Below are positions 40,701 to 52,700 of a stretch of 64,000 bases of DNA, piece by piece. Location of the stretch: assembly GCF_964355755.1 (NCBI RefSeq), contig NC_092670.1, forward strand, positions 13,316,795-13,380,794, read 5' to 3'. The stretch comes from Antedon mediterranea. Taxonomy: Eukaryota > Animalia > Echinodermata. Position 1 is the stretch's first letter, and each line of letters starts with the position of its first letter. The notes under the pieces are model-generated. The model did no database searches and was not told the origin of the DNA. It was given only the letters and a program-made list of their open reading frames with translations. The position numbers and the translations under genes are program-made.

Positions 40701-43700
40701 GTACTAGATAATCTAATACTAGAAATTCAATATTTAAAAGACTTAGAGCAGAGCTATACCACAATGATTTACATAAAATTTGGGAGCTATTTGACAATCT
40801 CGAAATTTATAACGAATATCAAACTGTAACAACAGAATCATACCCCATGTTAATTATAAAATGACAAGTAATATCTTTGATAAATTTTGTTAACTATTCT
40901 TAACAATTGCATGGAAAGAACTACATATTTAAATACTTAAATATACAGTACTTTTTACTTTAATTTGTACTTTAATTTCAGTATTGTTTTTTTTCTTTTT
41001 TAATCACTTGTACTTTCAGTTATATTGTAATCAATTAAGTGTTTACTATTATTTGTGTACTATTATATTATTTTGTTGCACATCCATTGTGGATAGTGCC
41101 TCTGTTAAAAAAGAGATACAATAAAGTAGTTATTATTATTATTATTATTACTGTCAACATATTTTCCTTTTGTTCACAGAAAGACCAACAGTGCATGCTC
41201 ATTATTATGTATCTGAACATGCACCGTGTCATAAAAACGAAATGTCGCTATTCATATTTCGCTCTTTACTTATGCCTTCGATTTCATCAACAATATATTA
41301 TATACAGAAAATAGCGTAACGGTTACCTCTCTCAAAACAGCCGTAGAAGTCCAATGACAGTGATGGCAAGTCTACCTCTCTACCACCAGTAGAGTATGAT
41401 GTTGAAATAATCAACTCTCTGGAATTTGGCATTTCAGGTATGTTTATGGAATGTAATGAATCTGATGTAAAGGTGACCTCATTCTGAAATGTAACCAATT
41501 AAAACAGTATATAAAAAATCAAAGTTTCTTCGATCCAAATACATATTTGCTCTGCCAAACATTTACTTATTCACAAAAATGTAAGAATTTCATTGGTCCA
41601 AATACCATATACATCACAATTGTTCTGCATCACATTTGTATATTCCCCTTTCTTTTGTAAATTCTTTTAAAGATTTTAATTATAATTTTTCAAAATAACT
41701 TTCTTACGTTGAGATTTGTCAATTCTACAAGTTCACCAGTTTCCTCATTCATGTACTGAATTGAAAAGGTAACTACCAGTAGAGTATCTATATCACTAGA
41801 AAACTGGATCTTTGTCACTCTTGTTGGCTGGCTAAATTGCACAGTTAGAGATCCTGACTCTGCCAGAGACCACGCATCTGTTGGGTGAACTTCGCTACCA
41901 CTTGCCACATACCTATGAAGATCAAGGCCGGCTTTCATGCCAAGATCATCAACACAGATTTCTGAAGAGAAATTAAAAACATGAATGTTTTACAAAAGTG
42001 AATTATCTAAAAAGTCAAGTGAATTGTAAATAAAGTTTAGTTTAGGAGTTGACTGCATTTTCATCATTAAATAGAATGACTATTTTGTTTATGAATAATA
42101 AACTAAAATGTCATAGAGCATTTTGCTAACAATAATAATAAACAATTAATTAGTATATGAAATGAAAATTTTAGTTTTAAGATTAGTTTTTTAGATTTAA
42201 GTTTACCTGTGACTTGAGTTGTTTCTCTTGTTGTAACAGTTGTAGTCTTTGTTGTTGGTATGTACTCGGTAGTTGAACTTTCTGTTGTCATAGGAGGAGT
42301 AGTTGCTTCTGTAGTTGTAGTTTCTGTAGTAGTAACTGTTGTTGTCGGAGTTAATGTAGTAGTTTTGACAGTGGTTGAGATGATTGTGGTTGTTGGCATC
42401 TCTGTTGTGGTTGTTGGCATCTCTGTTGTGGTTGTTGGTGGCATCTCTGTTGTGGTTGTTGGTGGCATTTCTGTTGTGGTTGTTGGTGGCATTTCTGTTG
42501 TGGTTGTTGGTGGCATTTCTGTTGTGGTAGTTGGTGGCATTTCTGTTGTGGTTGTTGGTGGCATCTCTGTTGTGGTTGTTGGCATCTCTGTTGTGGTTGT
42601 TGGCTGCATTGTTGTGGTTGATGGCATCGCGGTTGTTGTCTGAGTTGTAGGTTCTGTAAATAGAAGCAACAAAAATATTTCAAGAAATATTAAATATATT
42701 ATTAATTAATTTATTACTTGTGAAAATGGGACCTTTAAGTACTATTTAATAAGGATTCTCTATTAAACATCTAAAATACTTACCATACTCAATACATCCA
42801 ACAAATTCAAGTGTTACCGACAATATGCCATCTGACACACTCTCAATCACAATTTCTACATCAGTTACATCCTTAATTCCATCTCCGGGGAATAGGACTC
42901 TGTTGCTGCCAGTAAGATCTTTTTCAAAAACCTATAGGCATATGAATCACACAATTATATTTGTCATATTTGTGTTACTGTCAAACCGTTAAAATTTTCC
43001 TTTTATTTTAAATACTTTACCAACAAAGATGGCTGGACTTCTCGCTTTTGTTGTGTCTCCCATATTGTAGAAAGATAAACGGCCTAGATTACTTCGATGA
43101 CAATTGTTTTATAAATATTAGATTTTGTAGAGTATTAAAAAGTGGTACTTAAAACATAGGAAATTTTCTCTTACTGTAGTCCCAAAAATGTCACAGACAG
43201 CTGTCAATCACTGATTACTTGCAAGGGAAGGACAAAAAGTTGACCTAAGCTTAGGGCTAATCTTACCAATTTTAAGTTATAACTTACCACAGGAACCACA
43301 TCTACAATTGGTATCAAATCTTCATCTCCCTTGCGTGCATATTTAACTGTAAAAGACACACTTCCTTCACCTTCACTCTTGATATCAATTCCTGTTACTC
43401 TTAATGGCTGTGTGTAAGTAACCTTTAACCAATCATTTGGAGTAATATCCCATCCACTAGTCATGGATTCTGCATCTTTACCATCATTGGTTGTTCGTAC
43501 TTTTTCCAAGCCGTCCTTAATTTGACGCAGAGGTTCAACACATTCTAATGAAGGAAATTAATATTTTACATTTGTGTTTTTGTCAATTTCAATCATTATT
43601 TTGAAATGTGTAATTGCATTTGTTTACCGAATCTTAGTCTATTTTTAGATGTATTAAATAATACACAAAACTTTACCCATCTCTGTAGTTGGCAACACTG

Positions 43701-46700
43701 TTGTGGTTGTTGGCATCTCTGTTGTAGTTGTTGGTGGCATTTCTGTTGTGGTTGTTGGCATTTCTGTTGTTGGTGGCATTTCTGTTGTGGTTGTTGGTGG
43801 CATTTCTGTTGTGGTTGTTGGTGGAATTTCTGTTGTGGTTGTTGGTAGCATTTCTGTTGTGGTTGTTGGCATCTCTGTTGTGGTTGTTGGTGGCATTTCT
43901 GTTGTGGTTGTTGGTGGCATTTCTGTTGTGGTTGTTGGTGGCATTTCTGTTGTGGTCGTTGGTGGCATTTCTGTTGTGGTTGTGGGCATCTCTGTTGTGG
44001 TTGTTGGTGGCATTTCGGTTGTGGTTGTTGGTGGCATTTCTGTTGTGGTTGTTGGCATCTCAGTCGTTGTTGTTGGTGGTATCATTGTTGTTGTTGTTGG
44101 AGGCATCTCTGTAGTAGATGCTGGTGCTGAAATTAAATATCAAATTCATTATTTATTAGATTTTATCAGAGTACTTTATATAAACTAATTAAATAAGGTT
44201 TAAAAACAAACATATGACACAATATAAACGGTAAATACCTCATCTTGTGCATGTCATGCATTCAAAAGTTTCAGATGGGGCAATGAGATACTGAATGAAG
44301 CACAAAGGAAAGGTTGCACCCCACACAATTTTGCTCTAAATAATATTTTCAGACTTACTGGTTGTTGGCTGAATTGTAGTAACTACATGAGTTGTTGTTG
44401 TGGTGGTAGTCTCGGTTGGTGACAAGGTGGTTGATTCCATTGTTGTTGTTTTAGTTGTTGTGGTTGGCATACTTGTTGTTGTTGGCAATTCTGTAGTTGT
44501 TGATTCAGTTGTTGTCTGAATCGTTGTTTGAACTAAATACCATATCAAAAAAAAAAAGTTTAAGAATTATTGACAAATTGAGAGAAAATAAACTGTACGT
44601 CTACTAATTGAGAATACAAAACATAAACAAATACTTTTATAAATCATTATTATTTGAAAACATTCATTTAATAAATAATCATAGTCTTGAACCTAGAGAA
44701 TCAATGCTTAAAATTGCAATTGTCCCGTTTGAAATAAAACATATTGCTTAATGAATATTATTAAACAAATTATATAGTTTGTATATAATATATATATTGT
44801 ATATTTTATTCATGTTTATATTCATTTGCTATCATTTATATTATGATTTATTTAGTGGAAGAAATTTCAAGTAAAACATGTCATACCTGATTCTAAACAT
44901 CCAAAGAAGTTCAAGTTCAAGCTATTTATTAGTTCACTTATAAGTTTGAATCTAAAAGCAACAATTCCATCTACTGCGACACGTACTTTTTTATTTTGTT
45001 GAGAAGTCTCCACGTTCTGTTTGTAAATGTAAACCAAAGAATATTATATGTTCAGTGTAAACAGTGGGGTGAGAAATCTCCAAATTCTGTGCATAAAAGT
45101 TAAGCAAAGAATATTATATGAATAGAGTAAAAAGGTGGAGTGAGAATTCTCCACGTTCTGTGCGTAAAATAGTAAATAAAACCAAGAATATTATACATAC
45201 AGTATAAAAAAGTAAAAGTGTCAAGTTTTTTAATTGCATATTATTTTACAGTATCAATCCCTATTTTCAATCCCTCTCACTGTGAACCTTGCTTTTGTTT
45301 TATGTTTCATACCAGGCCCACCAATTTATACATATTCCCAGTTTTCTGGACTTTCTGCTTTCTTCTTTTCACTACTGATGACGATCAAATATATTAATCG
45401 AGAAACTCAACAGTTCTCTTTAGAACTAAATACATGTGATGTGCCGAAAATTTATATCAACATGTATAAGTATTTATTGTTTTGATTTAGCATTTTGCTT
45501 ATTTTATTTGTATTTTTAATGAGATCCAACAATGCATATGATACTCGTCCCTTATTACGACAAAATATAAATTAAATAAATAAGTGCATGAACAAAACTA
45601 GATACAATACATGTTTATAAATATATTTAAAAAAATATACATATGCATTTCTTTTTCAATAATTCAAGTAAAATAGAAACATGACCATACGTTTTCTAGT
45701 TTGACAAATTCCTGTGAATTGTCATACTGTACTTCAACTTCAAAAACAAGAAGTTGACCATCAATCCACTCAGCACCAGTGGCATCAAACGATGTTAGTT
45801 TAACAGCTTGGCTTAATCGCACTTCAAGAGCACCCAGACTTGGATCATAGCCATCACCTAATGAAACTTCATTCCCGTCGACAGAGCTGGTCAACTGTAC
45901 AGTGTCTTGTAAAGGTGATTCCACACCTTCACCACAAGGCACTAAAAACAATAATATTTAGTTATCAAGCTGAAGAGAGAGTTGACTAGATTTATAATTT
46001 GTATAAGAAAGTTTCAAGCAAATGTCATTAAAGGAAACAAACAAAACTGTTGGTTGTGCAAGATCTTGCAGTATCATCAATTCTAATAATTCAATTGAAT
46101 CATGACAGTAGTGAGATTTGACAATGGATCACCATTAAACTAATTTGCAACATGAATTTTAATTATGTGTCTATGTACGTTAAGAATCTAAAAAAATGTT
46201 ATCTATATAATTTAAGCTCATACAGTGTCTCTAATAGTAATACATATAATCTACAGCCCGGCAATGTTAAACAGGAAAAAAAAATAAAATTGGTTTTATC
46301 ATAAATTTTAAAAAGCATTACAAATCAACTGCAATTCCAACTTACCTGGTGTTGTAATAGCTGTCACCATTGTTGTAGTCAATTCAGTGGTAACTTCAGT
46401 TGTTGTATGAACTGTTGTTACAGTAGTGGTGGTAGACTCGGTGGTAGTTGGTGCCATCGTGGTTGTTGGTACTGTTGTGGTTTCAGTTGTGGTAACTGTT
46501 GTCTGTTGGGTAGTTGGTGGTAGAGCTGTGGTTCCTATAAATGAATAATCTCCTTATTACATACCATTGACTTGTTACAATGTAAGTACACACAACAGTA
46601 AAGTTGACTCACTAAAGTATAATAAACTAAATTTATACACTATAAACACATAAATGCACTATGTAAGTCTTTAAGTGGCTTGTTTACGAGTTATTGGTAC

Positions 46701-49700
46701 AATAAAATAATTTAATGAAGTGAAAATATAACATTTTCATCTATCAAAAACAAGGACAATGGCCAGAAAAACAGAAATAAAGAAGCACGGGTTGTTGGAG
46801 AGAAGAAGATATGGAAGCTGATATCATTATTTATTAATTTTAATCATACTTGTCTTGTAGCAGCCAAAGATTGTTGGAATGATCAGAGGTGTGCTTTCAT
46901 CAACTGTTTCAATTGAAGTAATTATGATTACTATTTCAGTTACATATATCTCTTCATCGTCAGGTAGTCTTACACTTGGCGTATCTTCAGTTGAATCCTC
47001 TTTAAACATTTCTAGTTGCTGCAAAGTAGGATATGTTGTGAATAAGAATGCATGTTAGTATAAGTTTTGTCTATACTATCAAACAAGTTTTATGTGCCAA
47101 AATATGGTAGTGATATGATGACATCATATCCATACATGGGCACATCACATTTTTTGTCACATAAAGTTTGATAGTGTAGACAATAAAAGTATTACAATAC
47201 ACTTTTGCTCTATTGAATTATTAAATGGAAAGATTCTGCAACTTTTATGAAAAAAAAAACTGGTATAGACACTTTTCTGGCCTACCTGGTAACATGAAGG
47301 ATTTAATTACTTTTGTAAAAACATAAAGTCGTGTTTGTCTTGTATTATCATATCCAACATTAGGCATAAAATGTATCTATTTAGTAAGTTACACAATGCA
47401 CTAGTGTGTTTTTCATGCAAAAATTTAATATCGAATGGTAAATTTATTTAGCAACATCATTTGAAGAAAAAAATGATGTTTACCTCTGATAAATATGTGT
47501 GTTCTTGGTAGCCTACTTCAAGACCTTGTACACTAAACCTAATGCTTGTTGTTTTTTGATTTGTGTCATCCAGTTTAATTCCTGTAACTCTAGTTGGTTC
47601 ACTAAACTCAACAAGTAAACTTGGGCTAAGAGAAACATCTGCTCCCCATGGGCTTTCCCCAGAAACCGGCACATCATTTTCAGTGTCTGTCATATCAATT
47701 GCCAGACCATCATCTTCAATCAAGTCATCAAAGCAAGGATCTATAATACAATAGCATTATTATGAGACCATATTTTGAATTATTCTCATCTTAGGTAAGA
47801 TGAAATTCAAAAAATAATATATATTATGATTGTTTATAAGAATCTAACAATTGCTTTTACATGAAATAGTTGTTATATGAGAAGTAGTAACTGCTTTTGT
47901 AGTAGTTTCTGTTGGTTCCACTGTTGTTACTGCATTTGTTGTAGTCATCTCTGTTGTGGTAACGTGGGGTGTCTGAGTCGTCACTTCTGTCATTTGTTTT
48001 GTTGTCATTTCAGTTGTAGTTTCCTCTGCAACACAAAATAAACACTAATTTAATACCATACTTAAAATATGATTTTGTGTACAACCCTATAAATAAATTA
48101 CCTTAATTGACATGATTAACATTTACAGATGAAGAATTGTGGAGAATTCGTCATTAGTATAAAGAATGAGTAAGACATTATTATACAATAGACACCAATC
48201 ATGCAATATTATAAATCACGACAACGTTTCATTTTGTACAAGTGCAGCTGTACATTTTGGAAATAATAACATATTACAATTCGATACACATCTCAGGTAC
48301 CCATAAAATACACATCTAAGGTACCAATGAAATACACATCTCAGGTACCCATGAAATGCACATCTCAGGTACCCATGAAGTACATGTCTAAGGTACCCAT
48401 GAAATACATGTCTCAGGTACCCATGACATACAATACACATCTCAGGTACCCATGAAATACAAATCTAAAGTACCCATGAAATACACGTCTCAGGTAAATA
48501 ACAATCTATTAGTTACCTTCAGTGGTAACCATTGTAGTTTCAGTTGTTGTCATTACTGGAGTTGTTGTCTCTCTAGTAGTAATCGTTGTGGTAATAGGTT
48601 TAGTTGTTGGCATCTCTGTTGTGGTTGTTGGCATCTCTGTTGTGGTTGTTGGCATCTCTGTTGTGGTTGTTGGCATTTCTGTTGTGGTTGTTGGCGGCAT
48701 TTCTGTTGTTGGCAGCACTGTTGTGGTTGTTGGTGGCATCTCTGTTGTTGGTAGTATTGTTGTGGTTGTTGGTGGCATCTCCGTTGTTGGGAGCACTGTT
48801 GTGGTTGTTGGTGGCATCTCTGTTGTTGGCAGCACTGTTGTGGTTGTTGGTGGCATCTCTGTTGTTGGCAGAATTGTTGTGGTTGTTGGTGGCATCTCTG
48901 TTGTTGGCAGAATTGTTGTGGTTGTTGTTGGCATCACTGTTGTGGTTGTTGGCTGCATCGTTGTGGTTGTTGGTATCTCTGTAGTTGTTTGGGTTGTAGG
49001 TTCTGTAAATAAAAACATTATATTTTATTTTATTCATCCTGTTTAATATTCATAATCCAATTCGCCCTGGTTGCGCAGTCAATTGTAAACACTTCATAAA
49101 GCCAAATGTAGACTTGGACTGCTTTCTAGCTGGGACCAGGAGCGGATTTTATGTTTGGGCTGGCTGCGATTTTTTTTTTCGTACATAAGTTGGAGACCCC
49201 TCATGAAACGTCACAAAATAAACATGAATAATTCATCAGTTAAATTTGTTGTTCCGTGTGCACCCAAGCGTATAGCAACAGGAAGTGATTACATTCACAA
49301 CTGCGATACGATTCTTTCTACAGTAGGCCTAGGATTCTAGGTAAATTCACGTGATTGACTTCGCGCACTCTTCACACACACACCACTATGCAAAATGTGT
49401 CGAGGCTAATCGACAGCTAGGAAAGACATTAAACTAAGTAGTAATTGGACATAGCCCAAAGAAAGCTTAGACCCACAAGAATAAAAAATGTGTATAATTT
49501 GTGTACTGTAATTTTTTAATTCTGCTATTTTATTATTAAACAATATGCATGTACTCAAAGGAACTTTAAAAATGCGCATATATGAACACATGAGATGGGA
49601 AGATTAGACCCACGAGAATAAAAAATGTATTTTTGTGTAATGTTTATTGTTTAATTTTGCTGACTTATTACTCGGACTGTGTCATACCTAACACACACAC

Positions 49701-52700
49701 GTCACACACACCCACACAGCTACTACTAGAATAGACATGGGTTTAGAGACTAATAATTAGGCCTAATAGTATTAATAGAAACTATAATTTTAAGACGTAA
49801 TTCTTTAGTAATAAATTATATTAAAAACACCATAAACTAAAGGCTGATTATTTCGACAATCCACACAAAACGCCGCTATTCTTTTATGAAACCCCACGCG
49901 GCAACCACAGTGGAGATTAGGCCTAGAATCGTACCGCACTTGTGTAATCACTTCTTGTTGCTATACGCTTGGGTGCACACGGAACAAGAAAATTTAACTG
50001 ATGAATTATTCATGTTTATTTTGTGACGTTTCATGAGGGGGTCCCCAAATTATGTACGAAAAAAAAAATCGCGGGCTGGCTTATGACAATGGCTTAAAAA
50101 TATAAGGTAAATGAATCCTCAGGGTCGTCGTTTGGAATGCAATTGTAAATACGCTGGATCAGATTAATTAAATTTGGACTTGATCATGGCGGAGCGGCCT
50201 AGAACCCAATCGTAAATGTAACTGGGGTCAACGTTTTAATAATTTTTTTAAAAAGACAACTAAATAACTTACCATACTCAATACATCCGACAAATTCAAG
50301 TGTTACCGATAATATGCCATCTGACACACTCTCAATCACAATTTGTACGTCAGTTACATCCTTAATTCCTTCTCCGGGGAATAGGACTCTGTTGCTGCCA
50401 GTAAGATCTTTTTCAAAAACCTGTGGCCATATGAATCACACAATTATATTTGTTAATTTGTGTTACTGTCAAATCGTTTAAATTTTCCTTCAATTTTAAA
50501 TACTTTACCAACAAAGATGGCTGGACTTCTCACTTATGTTGTACCTCCCATATTGTAGGAAGATAAATGCCCTATATTACTTCGATGACAATTGTTTTAT
50601 AAATATTAGATTTTGTAGAGTACTAAAAATTAAAGTGGTACTGAAAACATAGGAAATTGTTTCTTACTGTAGTCCCAAAAATGTTACAGACAGCTGTCAA
50701 TCACTGATTACTTGCAAGGGAAGGACAAAATGTTGACCTGAACTTAGGGCTAAACTTACCAATTTTAAGTTATAACTTACCACAGGAGTATCACTATCAT
50801 CTACAATTGTTGTCAAATCTTCATCTCCCTTGCGTGCATATTTAACTGTAAAAGACACACTTCCTTCACCTTCACTCTTGATATCAATTCCTGTTACTCT
50901 TAATGGCTGTGTGTAAGTAACCTGTAACCAATCATTTGGGGTAATATCCCATCCACTAGTCATGGATTCTGCATCTTCACCATCATTGGTTGTTCGTACT
51001 TTTTCCAAGCCGTCCTTAATTTGACGCAAAGGTTCAACGCATTCTAATAAAGAAAATTAAATATTTTACATTGTGCTTTGGTCAATTTCAATCATTATTT
51101 TGAAATGAGTAATTACTTTTATTTACCGAATTTTATTCTACTTTTAGATGTATTAAATAATTAAGACAATGAAATAAACTTTTACCCATTTCTGTAGTTG
51201 GCAACATTGTTGTTGTTGGCATCTCTGTTGTGGTTGTTGGTGGCATTTCTGTTGTGGTTGTTGGCATCTCTGTTGTGGTTGTTGGTGGCATCTCTGTTGT
51301 GGTTGTTGGTGGCATTTCTGTTGTGGTTGTTGGTGGCATTTCTGTTGTGGTTGTTGGCATCTCTGTTGTGGTTGTTGGTGGCATCTCTGTTGTGGTTGTT
51401 GGTGGCATTTCTGTTGTGGTTGTTGGTGGCATCTCGGTTGTGGTTGTTGGCGGCATCTCTGTTGTTGGCATCTCTGTTGTGGTTGTTGGTGGCATCTCGG
51501 TTGTGGTTGTTGGTGGCATCTCAGTTGTGGTTGATGGCATTTCTGTTGTTGGTGGCATCTCTGTTGTGGTTGTTGGCATTTCTGTTGTTGGTGGCATCTC
51601 TGTTGTGGTTGTTGGTGGCATTTCTGTTGTGGTTGTTGGCATCTCTGTTGTCGGTGGCTCAGTAACTGTTGTTGTTTGTGTAAATACAGTTGTCACGGTT
51701 GGAACTAAAAGAAATACGACGATTATGAAAAGTTGTGTTTTGTACATTTTGATCAATTAAACACACCATCACAATAAAAACCTATATACACAATATTGTA
51801 TTCATCGACTTCCATGATCTAATATTAACTAAGTATTTCAATACAATTTTTACTATATTGTATCACTTCTTGATATTGTTATCATATTGTACAGTATACA
51901 GAAACACCTACCTTCAAATAAATGCCGCTTCGAATAAACGTCGGAGTGTTTATTGAAATAATAAATACAGTATAATCTTACCAGTTTCACTGCATCCCAT
52001 AATTGCCACTTTAACCGGGAATGTTTCAACACTATCATCATAAATAACTCTGTCGATAACATATACTCTAATAGCAATAACATTTCTCAGCTCCTCCACA
52101 AGAAGTGTTCTTACACGATTTTCTTGCTGTTGATCAACTTCAAACACCTAAACCAAGAAAAACAACCAAAGAGAATATATACAAAGTGCAATACTGTTGG
52201 TATTTGTTGGAGCCAATATTGGCAAGGCGAGCTCAGTGTCCTGTTATTAGATTGCCTCGGTTTAAATAAATTCGCTGATTCAGGTTTACAACAAATGATA
52301 AATAGAATTATGATGTGTAGTTAACCAGTTTAGGAGCTGAAACTTAGTGTTGTGTTCTAAAATTAAGAATGAGTGATGTCAGGGTAAATGACAATATGGT
52401 AGAATGTGATAAAATAACATTATTTTTTTTAAAAAAGCAAATGTGTTACTCAATGGTTTACACTATTGAGTTAGCAACACCAATAAAGCGAAATAGAAAT
52501 AATGCAGATTTTGATTACTCTTCTGGCACATAGATGCGGAGAAACTATACAAATGTTTTATATGCATCGTTTTCAAGAATAAACCTCTGCTACTTTGACC
52601 TTGAGAGCTTTGAGAGTTTGGGATCTAAACATAAGATACTGGTATTAGAAGGCAAGCATGTTCCACCTAACTACTTCAGTACCACTAATTACCTACCTTG

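Noticed and set aside
9068-49037. Minus-strand Gln/Cys-rich (QQRCHQQPQQ) and Asn-rich (NNHNRDA) ORFs, and plus-strand Cys/Trp-rich ORFs
   Set aside because: They are alternative frames of the same repeats; splice phases support only the Thr-rich frame.
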